From NCBI GenBank assembly GCA_022821845.1, contig JAJECT010000018.1, forward strand, positions 20,306-84,305: a DNA stretch of 64,000 nucleotides, given 5' to 3'. The position numbers were made by a program, and so were the translations under genes. The notes beneath the pieces were generated by a model. That model was not told where the DNA came from. It did no database searches and saw only the letters and a list, made by a program, of their open reading frames with translations. Numbering within the stretch: the stretch's first letter is position 1; each line of letters opens with the position of its first letter. This DNA is from Rhodothermales bacterium. GTDB taxonomy: Bacteria > Bacteroidota > Rhodothermia > Rhodothermales > VXPQ01. Shown one piece after another: positions 38,575 through 48,034 of this stretch.

Positions 38575-41500
38575 TTACCGAAACGGCTCCCAGGCAGGCA
38601 GGCGGGATCTTCCCAGCACCGCGCCAAGGATATGTTCGGTTTCGGCTTTGTGCATTTCCGCGCTGCCCGTCGCGGGGCTTGCGCTGCCCGGACGTCCGAC
38701 ATAGGCCGTGCGTCCGTGCCCCACGCGGCTTACCTTGGCGAGCAAGGCATCCAGGCGGGACTGCATGTACGTCCAGGCGCCCATATTGGCGGGCTCTTCC
38801 TGCACCCAGCACACCTCGGCGGCGTCTCCGTACCGCACCAGTTCGGTCAATACCTCTTCTTCGGGGAATGGATAGTGCTGCTCGATGCGGGTAATGGCGA
38901 TGGACGTATCCTCTTTCTTGCGCAGCGCCTGGATCAGGTCGTAATACACCTTGCCTGTGCATAATACGTGCCGCCGCACGGCATGCGGGTCGGCGGCGGA
39001 CGGAATCACCTTCCGAAATCCCCCCTCGACGAGTTCCGACGCGGAAGAAACGAAAAGCGGATGGCGAAGCAAACTCTTCGGCGCCATCACAATGAGCGGT
39101 TTGCGGTCGGACCAGTGCGCCTGCCGCCGGAGCGCATGGAAATAATTGGCCGGGGTCGTAATGTTGCATACGATCATGTTCTCCTCGGCGCACATCTGCA
39201 AAAAACGCTCGAGGCGCGCAGACGAGTGCTCGGGACCCTGCCCTTCCCATCCATGCGGAAGCAGCGCGACCAGGCTGCTCTGCTGCGCCCATTTCGCCTC
39301 CGCCGCCGCAAGGAACTGATCGAACACGATCTGGGCGCCGTTGGCGAAATCTCCAAACTGCGCTTCCCAGATCACAAGCGCGGAAGGATCGGCCACGGAA
39401 TAGCCGTATTCAAAACCGAGCACGGCGTATTCGGAGAGGAGCGAATCGTAAATACGGAGTTTGGCCTGGCCGTCCCGGATGTTGTTCAGCGGAATGTATT
39501 CCCGCCCCGTTTGCTGGTCGTACAGCACCGCATGACGCTGACTGAACGTGGCCCGGCACGAATCCTGGCCGCTTAGCCGGACCGTCGTCCCCTCCAGAAG
39601 CAACGACCCGAAAGCCAGCGCCTCGGCGTACGCCCAGCCGACTTGCTGTTTTTCGAGGTACAGCCCCTTGTTTCGCTGGAACTGGCGCACGAGTTTCTTG
39701 TGCACCCGCACGTTGTCGGGGAAATCCGCCATGGCGTGGGCCACGGCGTGCAAGTCTTCTTCCGACGCTGCGGTCTCTGGCTCCTCGACCGACAGCGGCG
39801 CGGGCGCGGCCAGCGCGGCAGCGAGGTTCTTGGCCCGCGCAGCGTCCATGGAAGTCGTGCGGTCAAAGGCGTCCTGCAACCGGTCCCGATAGTCCCGCAA
39901 AATCTCTTCCGCTTCTTCGGGGTTCATTTCCCCTCGGCGCAGCAGCAGTTCCGTATACAATTTTCGGGGGGACCGTTTCTCCTCGATCTTCCGATAGAGC
40001 AGCGGCTGGGTGTAGGTCGGTTCGTCGCCCTCGTTGTGTCCGCGCACCCGATAGCACAACATGTCGATGACGACATCCTTGTTGAACGCGTTGCGGTATT
40101 CGAGCGCCAGCTTCACCACCCGTACGCACGCCTCCGGGTCGTCCCCGTTCACATGAAAAATGGGGGCCTGAATGGTGCGCGCCGTATCCGTGGCGTACGT
40201 GGAACTGCGGGCGTCCGCGGGAGACGTGGTGAAGCCAATCTGGTTGTTGATCACGATATGAATCGTGCCGCCGGTCTTGTATCCGGCCAGTTGGCTCAGA
40301 TTGAGCGTTTCGGTTACTACGCCTTGTCCGGCGAACGCCGCGTCGCCATGGATCAGCAGCGGAATAACCACGTCGCGAGACTCCGCTTCGAGCAAACCCG
40401 CAGCGCCGTATTGCAGAAGGTCCTGCCGGGCGCGCACCATCCCTTCGACGATCGGATTGACCGCCTCCAGGTGGCTGGGATTGGAGGCCAGCATGAGTTG
40501 CACGGTGGCCCCTGCGGGCGAGGTATGCTCCCCGTGCGCCCCCACATGGTACTTTACGTCGCCCGAACCCTGCGTCGTGGAAGGATCGATGTTCCCCTCG
40601 AATTCGGAGAAAATGGCTTCGTAGGGCTTGTTGAGAATGTTCGCAAGAATGTTCAGTCGGCCCCGATGCGCCATGCCAATCACCACCTCCTGCACGTCGT
40701 GGTCCGCCGCTTCGGACAACATGGCGTCGATCATCGGAATGACCGACTCGGCTCCCTCCAGCGAAAAGCGCTTGTGGCCTATGTATTTCGTATGCAGAAA
40801 CCGCTCGAACGCCTCCGCCGCGTTCAGTTTCTGGAGAATGCGCCGCTTGGCGTCGGGGCTTACCGGCTCCTCGCGTCCAGTGGGTTCGAGCCGGTCCTGA
40901 AGCCACCGCTTTTCGGTGGGGCTCGATATGTGCATATACTCGATGCCGATCTTGCGGCAATAGGTGGTCCGCACGATCTCCACGATATCGCGAAGCGGCA
41001 ATACGTCCTGGCCGCCCAGCCCGCCCGTCAGGAATTCCCGGTCCAGGTCCCAGATGGTCAATTCGTACCAGAAAGGGTCCAGTTCGGGATGATACATCCA
41101 GTTGTAGCCCAGCGGGTTGATGTCCGCCTGCAAATGTCCGCGCACCCGATGCTCCCGAATAAATTGCAGCACGCGCCCCTGCTTGTGCACCATATCGACG
41201 CGATCCTCGGGGCCGCCTCCGCCAATCTGCGGCGTCGTATCCGTCGAAAGTTCGTACGGCTGATAGGGTATGTTCAGCTGTTCGAAAATCTGCTGGTAGA
41301 ATCCGTGCTTGCCAAGCAACGTGTCTGCGACATACAGCAGAAACGCGCCGCTTTCGGCGCCCTGGATAATGCGGTGATCGTACGTGGAGCTAAGGTTCAT
41401 CACCGGAGAAATGCCCGCCTTGCTCACCGCTTCGGGCGGATAGGAATGGTATTCCGGGGGATACCCGATGGCGCCCGCGCCGATGATCACGCCCTGTCCC

Positions 41501-42270
41501 GGCATAAGCCGCGCCACGCTCATGTTGGTGCCGATCATACCCGGATTGGTGAGCGTGGCGGTCGTGCCTTCGAAATCCGCGACGCCGAGCTTGCCCTTCC
41601 GCGCGCGGCGAATAATATCGTTGTAGATGCCCATCAACTGGGGAAAACTCATGCGTTCCGCTCCCTTGATGTTGGGCACGAGCAAGGTCCGCTTGCCTCT
41701 CCGCTCTATGTCGATGGCAAGCCCCAGATTGACCTGTTCCGGGGCAATGTGCCGGGAAACCCCGTCTTCCCGCAGAAAGGTCGTATTCATGTTGGGGAAC
41801 CGGGCCAGCGCCTTGACGAGCGCCCACATGATCAGGTGGGTAAACGACACCTTCTCCCCGCCCTGGTGCTGCTGGTACGCATTGATCAGCAAGCGATTCT
41901 CGATCATCAATTTGACCGGAACGGTCCGCACGGACGTAGCCGTGGGAATGCCCAGGCTCGCCTCCATGTTCTCGACGATCTTCGCTTGCGAACCCCGAAT
42001 AGCGTCTTTGGGCGCCTTCGGCCGGTCCGGAGCGGGCGGCGCTTCCGAGGCGGGCGCAGCCCCGTCTCCCTGTTCGGGCGTCGGTTCCACAACCACCTCC
42101 TCGTGGGAAGGCGACGAAACCTGCCGGGCCGCGGCCACCGCCCGAAACGGCTCGTCGGGGGTGTAGTCGGCAAAGAATTCCCGCCAGGTCTCGGAAACGC
42201 TTTCCGGATCTTCAAGAAATTGGTGGTACAGGTTCTCGATGTATCCCGTATTGAATCCGAGCGCGCTCAT
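38575..42270 (-). CDS. sucA: 2-oxoglutarate dehydrogenase E1 fused to an N-terminal E2-like acyltransferase domain (Kgd/OdhA architecture)
   Basis: At about 1230 aa it is much longer than a plain E1o. The N-terminal part carries the 2-oxoacid dehydrogenase acyltransferase catalytic motif SSTYDHRIIQGAESGAFL. The remainder is typical E1o (RGHL.A..NPL, GMAHRGRLN, HGDAAFAGQG, GHNE.DEP). The start is set at MSALGFN (42270). Confidence 0.92.
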   Translation of the reverse strand: MSALGFNTGYIENLYHQFLEDPESVSETWREFFADYTPDEPFRAVAAARQVSSPSHEEVVVEPTPEQGDGAAPASEAPPAPDRPKAPKDAIRGSQAKIVENMEASLGIPTATSVRTVPVKLMIENRLLINAYQQHQGGEKVSFTHLIMWALVKALARFPNMNTTFLREDGVSRHIAPEQVNLGLAIDIERRGKRTLLVPNIKGAERMSFPQLMGIYNDIIRRARKGKLGVADFEGTTATLTNPGMIGTNMSVARLMPGQGVIIGAGAIGYPPEYHSYPPEAVSKAGISPVMNLSSTYDHRIIQGAESGAFLLYVADTLLGKHGFYQQIFEQLNIPYQPYELSTDTTPQIGGGGPEDRVDMVHKQGRVLQFIREHRVRGHLQADINPLGYNWMYHPELDPFWYELTIWDLDREFLTGGLGGQDVLPLRDIVEIVRTTYCRKIGIEYMHISSPTEKRWLQDRLEPTGREEPVSPDAKRRILQKLNAAEAFERFLHTKYIGHKRFSLEGAESVIPMIDAMLSEAADHDVQEVVIGMAHRGRLNILANILNKPYEAIFSEFEGNIDPSTTQGSGDVKYHVGAHGEHTSPAGATVQLMLASNPSHLEAVNPIVEGMVRARQDLLQYGAAGLLEAESRDVVIPLLIHGDAAFAGQGVVTETLNLSQLAGYKTGGTIHIVINNQIGFTTSPADARSSTYATDTARTIQAPIFHVNGDDPEACVRVVKLALEYRNAFNKDVVIDMLCYRVRGHNEGDEPTYTQPLLYRKIEEKRSPRKLYTELLLRRGEMNPEEAEEILRDYRDRLQDAFDRTTSMDAARAKNLAAALAAPAPLSVEEPETAASEEDLHAVAHAMADFPDNVRVHKKLVRQFQRNKGLYLEKQQVGWAYAEALAFGSLLLEGTTVRLSGQDSCRATFSQRHAVLYDQQTGREYIPLNNIRDGQAKLRIYDSLLSEYAVLGFEYGYSVADPSALVIWEAQFGDFANGAQIVFDQFLAAAEAKWAQQSSLVALLPHGWEGQGPEHSSARLERFLQMCAEENMIVCNITTPANYFHALRRQAHWSDRKPLIVMAPKSLLRHPLFVSSASELVEGGFRKVIPSAADPHAVRRHVLCTGKVYYDLIQALRKKEDTSIAITRIEQHYPFPEEEVLTELVRYGDAAEVCWVQEEPANMGAWTYMQSRLDALLAKVSRVGHGRTAYVGRPGSASPATGSAEMHKAETEHILGAVLGRSRLPAWEPFR

Positions 42271-42369
42271 AATGTTGGGTCGTTGACCAAGTTTGGCGAG
42301 AATCTGGCCTTCCATACCGTCAACGATACCGCCTGAAATCGGTTCTCTGTGCGGCGACGGAAGGGGTTC

Positions 42370-43398
42370 CTATGTTCTTGACGCTTGTCCTTTGCGGTCG
42401 CCGCGTCGCTTGCCAGGCGGCAACCATCCCTGCGCGCGATACCACGCGATCGTATCCGCAACCCCCTCCTGCAACGACAGGGCGGGACGGTAGCCGAGCA
42501 GCCGGCGGGCCTTGTCTATGGAGCACATCTTGCAAGCATACCGAATTTCCCGCGCCTTTTCCCGGTGAAAAGGCGGAAGCGCCCCCCACAACCGGAAAAC
42601 CCCTTCCGTCACGGCGCCCGACAGGCTCACAAGCGGCGGCGGCACGGATACGGTCAGGGCGTTTCGGCCCAGCGCCGCCGCCGAGGCTTCCTTGAGATCG
42701 CGCCACGAATAATGCGCCTCGCCGCCGAGAAAAAATGTTTCGCCCGCCGCGTCCGGCGCCTCCGCCGCAGCGATCATCCCGCGCACCAGGTCGCGGGCGT
42801 GGACCAGGCTCATCGCGGGGGCGCGGGCGTCGCCGACGACCGGGCACAAACCCATGTTCGCCATCCGGAAAAATGCATACAGGTCCGCTTCCCTTGGCCC
42901 GTACACCGTGGAGGGCCGCACGATGACGAGCGGGAGGCGGTCCCGCCATGCAGCAAGGGCTTCCTCCATGCGCGCTTTGCTCGCGCCATACCGACTGAGC
43001 GGGCGCATGGCGCTTTCTTCCGTGGCTACGGGGTCTTCGCAGCGCCCGATTACCGCAAGCGAACTGGTGACCACCACGCGGCGGACGCCCGGATTCACGC
43101 GGGCAAGAACTTCCATCAAGCGCAGCGTCGCCTCGACGTTTCCCTCTTCGAGCGCCGCATCCTCCCGGGCGCGCGTAACGCCCCCGTTATGATACACATA
43201 GTCCACGTCGCGCACGGCGTCGGCGACAAGCGCCTCGTCGAACAAATCGCCGCGCGCCTCGCGGATCGGGAGGCCCTCCAGCCACTTGCGGCGGGTGCGC
43301 ACCAGACATCGCACCTCGCCAAGCCCCCGCTGGAGCAGCGCCTCGACGAGATGGCTTCCTATAAACCCTGTGCCGCCGGTAACGAATGCTTTTTCCAT
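42370..43398 (-). CDS. NAD-dependent epimerase/dehydratase (extended SDR) family protein
   Basis: The N-terminal Rossmann motif is VTGGTGFIGSHLVEAL. The catalytic YGASK motif is present. Confidence 0.85.
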   Translation of the reverse strand: MEKAFVTGGTGFIGSHLVEALLQRGLGEVRCLVRTRRKWLEGLPIREARGDLFDEALVADAVRDVDYVYHNGGVTRAREDAALEEGNVEATLRLMEVLARVNPGVRRVVVTSSLAVIGRCEDPVATEESAMRPLSRYGASKARMEEALAAWRDRLPLVIVRPSTVYGPREADLYAFFRMANMGLCPVVGDARAPAMSLVHARDLVRGMIAAAEAPDAAGETFFLGGEAHYSWRDLKEASAAALGRNALTVSVPPPLVSLSGAVTEGVFRLWGALPPFHREKAREIRYACKMCSIDKARRLLGYRPALSLQEGVADTIAWYRAQGWLPPGKRRGDRKGQASRT

Positions 43399-43429
43399 AC
43401 GACAGAATACGCAATCCGTAACGATAAAA

Positions 43430-43684
43430 GGATACTCTGATCAAATCCGCTTCGCTCAGCGCGTCACTATTGCCCGCAAAGACCGTCCTGCCCGGATCAT
43501 TGAAATCAGCAGAAAATACAGTAGATTCGGTACGTTGCGTCCGTGACGCGCCCTTCGGGAGGCTGCGAGCGGCACGCTGGCTGTGTCATTCCTCATTATG
43601 TGGGACCTGCCACATTGCTTCGTCATTCCTTGCCAGCGCACCCCTCGCATGCCTCTGAGCTTCGCGGATTTAATCAGAGTATCC
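43430..43684. mobile_element. MITE-like element, copy A (~255 bp) with ~21-bp terminal inverted repeats
   Basis: The left end is GGATACTCTGATCAAATCCGC. The reverse complement of the right end is GGATACTCTGATTAAATCCGC (20/21 match). It is homologous along its length to 45199-45452. Confidence 0.75.
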
Positions 43685-43699
43685 TAAAGAATACGCAGG

Positions 43700-45103
43700 T
43701 TACGTTTTTCTGCGCAGTTTGACCACGTTCTCAACGTGGGGCGTGTGCGGAAACAGGTCCACGGGCTGCGCCGCCTCGATGCGATACGCGTCCCGCAACA
43801 AACCCAGGTCGCGCGCCTGCGTCCTCGGATTGCAACTTGCGTACACGAACCGCCGGGGACCCGACGCGGCGATCTGCTCGACTACTTTCGGGTGCAGGCC
43901 GGCCCGCGGCGGATCGACGAGGAGCACGTCCGCCGCGCCATGCCGCGTCGCGAAATCGGGACCGAACATGGTCGCCACATCTCCCTGCACGAAGGTGCAA
44001 TTGTCCACGCCGCTCGCCCGGGCGTTCGCGCGCGCGTTCCGAACCGCCTCTTCTATAAGTTCCACGCCCGTCACGCAGCGTACGGCGTCCGCCACAAAGA
44101 TGGATATGGTCCCCGCCCCGCAGTACAAATCGTAGACCCTGTCCTCCGATTGCAGTTCGGCGAACGCGCGCACCGTCTCGTACAGCCGCTCCGCCTGGGC
44201 CGTATTGGTCTGAAAAAAGGAATTGGCCGCAATCTCGAACGTATGCGGCCCGATCCGGTCGCGAATGACGCCGGGGCCAAACACGGTTTCGATCCGTTCG
44301 CCGAACGCCGTTTGCGCCTTCCCCGTATGAATCGTATTGACGAACGTGGTTACGTTGAGGAAATCCTGTCGCAGGAAGGCGGCCAGCTCGCCCATGCGCT
44401 CCGCATCGAATCCGTTTGTCACCAGATTGACCATGACGTCGCCCGTGCGTTCGCCGGTCCGGATGGCCAGATGCCGCAAAAAGCCGGTGTGCTTGCGTAT
44501 GTTCCAGGGCGCCCAACACTTCTCCCGAACAAAATCCCGAATCCGGTTCACCATGTCGGCGCTCGCCGTCGATTGGAGATGGCATTCGTGGACGTCGAGC
44601 ACCTTGTCGAAATGCCCCGGAACGTGCAAGCCCAGCGCAAAACGGGTGTCGAAGCGCCCGCCCGAATCGATTTCCGCGCGCGTCAGCCAGCGATTCGCGC
44701 TGAACGAAAATTCCATCTTGTTGCGGTAGAAATAGCGCTTCTCCGACCCGATGGCCGGGCGCACCGAAACCTCCGGGAACCCGCCGACGCGCGCGAGGGC
44801 GTCCCGTACGCTTTCCGTCTTGGCGTCAAGCTGGGCCTGGTATTCCACATGCTGCCACCGGCATCCGCCGCACGTCCCGAAATAGGCGCACGCCGGCGGC
44901 ACGCGCAGCGCGCTCGGCGACAACACCTCCTCTATCGCCGCCTCGGCATAGCCCTTTTTCTTCTTGTACACGCGGGCGCGCACGCGATCCCCCGGCACCG
45001 CCCAGGGCACGAAAACCACGAACCCGTCCACGCGGGCAAGCGACCGTCCGCCGTCGGCGAATTTTTCAATGGGTATTTCGATATGCTCGCCGCGCGCTAC
45101 CAT
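43700..45103 (-). CDS. rlmD: 23S rRNA (uracil-C5)-methyltransferase, RumA/RlmD family (TRAM + Fe-S + SAM methyltransferase)
   Basis: It has a TRAM domain (GGRSLARVDGFVVFVPWAVPGDRV). The Fe-S cysteines are CAYFGTCGGCRWQH. The SAM motif is DLYCGAGTISIF and the C-terminal motif is YASCNP.T.ARD. The start may be 45103 or 45160. Confidence 0.9.
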   Translation of the reverse strand: MVARGEHIEIPIEKFADGGRSLARVDGFVVFVPWAVPGDRVRARVYKKKKGYAEAAIEEVLSPSALRVPPACAYFGTCGGCRWQHVEYQAQLDAKTESVRDALARVGGFPEVSVRPAIGSEKRYFYRNKMEFSFSANRWLTRAEIDSGGRFDTRFALGLHVPGHFDKVLDVHECHLQSTASADMVNRIRDFVREKCWAPWNIRKHTGFLRHLAIRTGERTGDVMVNLVTNGFDAERMGELAAFLRQDFLNVTTFVNTIHTGKAQTAFGERIETVFGPGVIRDRIGPHTFEIAANSFFQTNTAQAERLYETVRAFAELQSEDRVYDLYCGAGTISIFVADAVRCVTGVELIEEAVRNARANARASGVDNCTFVQGDVATMFGPDFATRHGAADVLLVDPPRAGLHPKVVEQIAASGPRRFVYASCNPRTQARDLGLLRDAYRIEAAQPVDLFPHTPHVENVVKLRRKT

Positions 45104-45147
45104 GCGGTCGCCTCCCTGTCGATAAAAAATGCGTTGCCGAAAGCCAA

Positions 45148-45203
45148 TGTCCTGAAACAAAGGTCTTAAAACCAGTGTCCTGAAAAGCGTGTCCTAAAGG
45201 ATA
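45148..45203. repeat. Four tandem units of a 14-bp repeat (TGTCCTGAAAnnnn)
   Basis: The units are TGTCCTGAAACAAA, GGTCTTAAAACCAG, TGTCCTGAAAAGCG and TGTCCTAAAGGATA. They start at 45148, 45162, 45176 and 45190, an exact 14-bp phasing. The last unit runs into the left end of MITE copy B. Confidence 0.7.
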
Positions 45204-45452
45204 CTCTGATCAAAACCACTTCGCTCAGCGCGTCGCTATCCCCGCCAAAAAACGTCATACCCGAATCATGGACATCAGCAAGAAACACCGTAGATTCGGT
45301 ATGTCGTGGACGCGACGCGCCCTTCGGGAGGCTGCGAGGGGCACGCTGGCTGCGTCATTCCTCATTACGTGGGGCCTGCCACGCTGCTTCGTCATTCCTT
45401 GCCAGCGCACCCCTCGCAGCCTCTGAGCTTCGTGGATTGAATCAGAGTATCC
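45199..45452. mobile_element. MITE-like element, copy B (~254 bp), same orientation as copy A
   Basis: The left end is GGATACTCTGATCAAAACCAC. The reverse complement of the right end is GGATACTCTGATTCAATCCAC. The right ~145 bp are nearly identical to copy A and the left ~110 bp are more diverged. Its last base overlaps the bamA stop codon. Confidence 0.75.
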
Positions 45453-48034
45453 TAAAAAGCATGTCCCAAACTCAAACGGTGCCATTTCCAGGCGCGAAAA
45501 TCGTCTGGAAACACGCCCAGGTCGGGACGACGCGGGTCGTACACCTTCATGGCTATATCGGACCGAATAATCAGATAACGAAAATCCAGCCGGAGCCCAA
45601 AACCGGACCCGACGCCCAACTGGCGATAAAACGAATCGACGCGAAATCGGCCGTCCCGCTTCGCAGGCGCGTCGCCGCCGAACCCGGGATTGCGCGGACC
45701 GAACCACACATTGCCCGCGTCCGCAAAGACGACGCCGATCCAGTCCATGCCAAAGAGGCGGAAAAGGCGCTGGCGCAATTCCACGGAGGCTTCCAGTTTG
45801 ATGTCTCCGCCCAGAATGTTCGCGCCTTCCCCGGCGTCCTGCACAGACTGAAACTGCGCGCCGCCGGGACCCAGTTCATGCCAGTCCCAGCCCCGGACGC
45901 TGGATATGCCGCCTATGTAGAAGCGCTGTCCGAACGGCACCAGCCCCGCGTCGCCAAGAGGATGCGCAATGCCTCCGATAAACTTCAGTCCCAGCGTGGA
46001 AGAAGCGTCGATTGCATGGTACAACCGCAAATCGCTCGCGAAGCGCACGTATCGGCGGTACAAAAGCCGGTCGGACGAGCGCCCGGAAAACAGGCCCGGA
46101 AGATATCCGCTCACGTCGCCCGGAGAATACGCGAAACGGTCCAGCAAATACGGAAGATGGTTGCCCAGCGCGATCGAACCCTCGATGCTATGCCCCCGAT
46201 CACGGCGCAGCGGATTCACATTGGTCGAACGCAACGTATACCGAAGGGCCGTATTGATTTGCGGCACCGTGTAATCCTCGAGAATCTGCGCCTGCTGCAC
46301 CGGGTCCGAAACCGGATCGAGCAGGTTGTTCAGCACGTCGTTTCGGAAATTCCGCAACGTATCGGGATTGCTCAGGCTCACGTCCAGCACGTCCAGGAAC
46401 GACGTGAGCGTGGCGTTATGATCCAGTTCGATGCGGTAACGGGCATTGCCGCGCGCCCGGATAATGAGTCCGAAATCGTCGCGGCGCGCCTTGAGCAGGC
46501 TCAGGGACAGGCGCGTCCTGACGTCGTACAGCGGAAGCGCCCCGTCCAGTCCGCGAAACGGACGCATGAGATACGGCAGCGTAAGGGAGGTCGCAACCTC
46601 CGCCTGCGAGGCGGTCAAGCGGCTGAAATCGTCGAAATCCGTCGATATGGAGCCGGATGTTCGGACAAGGAAGGTCTCGCCGCGGCCCAGGAGGTTGGCG
46701 TTCTCGTAGGTTACGGCAACGCCCGCGCCCAATTCCTTGTCCGAATTATTGAAGGGGTCCACACGCTGCAGCACGGACGGCTCGAAACGAATCTGATGCC
46801 GGTCGCGCGTACGCAGCGCGATGCGATGGAAGAGGGTCGGCGCGGCGGGCGCGAAGCGCGGGGCGGACGCTTCCGGGACAATGTCGGTAAACAGAAACAC
46901 GCCCGTGCCTTCGAGCCTCCGTCGCGTAGCCAGCACCTTCGATTGCGAGTACCAATCCCCCGGAGCAAACTGAAGCGTACGGACCAGCAAGCCGGAGGAC
47001 AGTTTCTTTTCGTTCCGAAACCGGAAAGACGCGGTCCCGCTGGCGACAGAATCCGAAGACGCTTCAAGCGGACGGGTTTCGGAGCGCTCCGCCACTTGGG
47101 GTTCGGGCCCCGTTACGTCGAACGCAACGTCTCCAAAGCGATACCGCGACCCGGTTCCGATTTCGAAGCGCACGTCCAGGCTGTCCGACGTCGCCGAAAA
47201 AATCACGGCGCGGATAGAATCCCGGGTAGCGGAAGCGTAGCCCTCGTCTCGCAGAAAAGTCAGGATGCGCCTTGCCTCGCTATGCAGCGTCGTTTCGGAA
47301 TACCGTTGTCTGCGCGCCCGCAGACGCAGGGGGCGGTCCGGATCGACGGGCGCGACGCGCAGAACGGCGGCCCGCGCCAGCCGCGTATGCTGGTCGGGCG
47401 CCAGGTGGTCGATCCCGGCGTACTCCACGTTCCGTATGTACGTGGGCGGGCCGGGCGCGACGCGGAAAACGACCGCGACTTTCTTCGCCGAGAGCGTATC
47501 GATCCGGGCAATTACCTCGGCTTCGAAGAACCCTTCCTGCCGATACAAAAGACGCAGGCGGTCCAGGTCCGCCTGGAGCACGTCCATGTCGAGCACGGCA
47601 AGCGGCTCGCCGCCCGCGATCAGCGAATTGCTCAGCCGTTCCCCAAGGGCGCCGGACTGTCCGAGGCGGTGAAACCACAGCCAAACGGTCATCCCCGGAA
47701 TTTTGGCCAGCCGGCGATTCGGCTTCGTGCGGACCCGGCGGGCCAGGACGGACTTGCCAAACGCATCGTCGCCCTCGAAAACAACGCGGCGCACGACAAG
47801 CGTATCCATATACGCCTCTTCGGGGGAGATTCCCGGAGAAGCGGCTGTTCCCGCATCCTGGGCGACCGCCGCGCCGACCAGCGCGAACGCGAAGGCCAAC
47901 CAGACGATCCGGGGAAGAAAAACGCGATACGAGCGTCCGCCACGCAACGGGTTACTCTTCCTCGAAATAAAAATCGTCGTCCGCCGTCGGATAATCCGGC
48001 CAAACTTCTTCAATGCTTTCGTACGGCTCGCCAT
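45452..48034 (-). CDS. bamA: Outer membrane protein assembly factor BamA (Omp85 family)
   Basis: It has POTRA-like repeats (VVRRVVFEGDDAF, IRNVEYAGIDHL). The C-terminal beta-barrel carries RFYIGGISSVRGW and a terminal aromatic residue (...SLGHAF). The start is uncertain because the 5' 83 nt overlap the upstream gene. Confidence 0.88.
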   Translation of the reverse strand: MASRTKALKKFGRIIRRRTTIFISRKSNPLRGGRSYRVFLPRIVWLAFAFALVGAAVAQDAGTAASPGISPEEAYMDTLVVRRVVFEGDDAFGKSVLARRVRTKPNRRLAKIPGMTVWLWFHRLGQSGALGERLSNSLIAGGEPLAVLDMDVLQADLDRLRLLYRQEGFFEAEVIARIDTLSAKKVAVVFRVAPGPPTYIRNVEYAGIDHLAPDQHTRLARAAVLRVAPVDPDRPLRLRARRQRYSETTLHSEARRILTFLRDEGYASATRDSIRAVIFSATSDSLDVRFEIGTGSRYRFGDVAFDVTGPEPQVAERSETRPLEASSDSVASGTASFRFRNEKKLSSGLLVRTLQFAPGDWYSQSKVLATRRRLEGTGVFLFTDIVPEASAPRFAPAAPTLFHRIALRTRDRHQIRFEPSVLQRVDPFNNSDKELGAGVAVTYENANLLGRGETFLVRTSGSISTDFDDFSRLTASQAEVATSLTLPYLMRPFRGLDGALPLYDVRTRLSLSLLKARRDDFGLIIRARGNARYRIELDHNATLTSFLDVLDVSLSNPDTLRNFRNDVLNNLLDPVSDPVQQAQILEDYTVPQINTALRYTLRSTNVNPLRRDRGHSIEGSIALGNHLPYLLDRFAYSPGDVSGYLPGLFSGRSSDRLLYRRYVRFASDLRLYHAIDASSTLGLKFIGGIAHPLGDAGLVPFGQRFYIGGISSVRGWDWHELGPGGAQFQSVQDAGEGANILGGDIKLEASVELRQRLFRLFGMDWIGVVFADAGNVWFGPRNPGFGGDAPAKRDGRFRVDSFYRQLGVGSGFGLRLDFRYLIIRSDIAMKVYDPRRPDLGVFPDDFRAWKWHRLSLGHAF

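Noticed and set aside
43456-43650. Small ORFs inside the MITE copies (43456-43650(-), and part of 45255-45707(-)) as a conserved peptide.
   Set aside because: Their similarity simply reflects nucleotide identity. The differences between copies are not biased towards synonymous changes, and the ORF boundaries differ.
43430-45452. The repeats flanking rlmD, or the 14-bp array, as a CRISPR array.
   Set aside because: There are only two long (~255 bp) copies separated by a gene. The 14-bp units are contiguous with no spacers. No cas genes are present.
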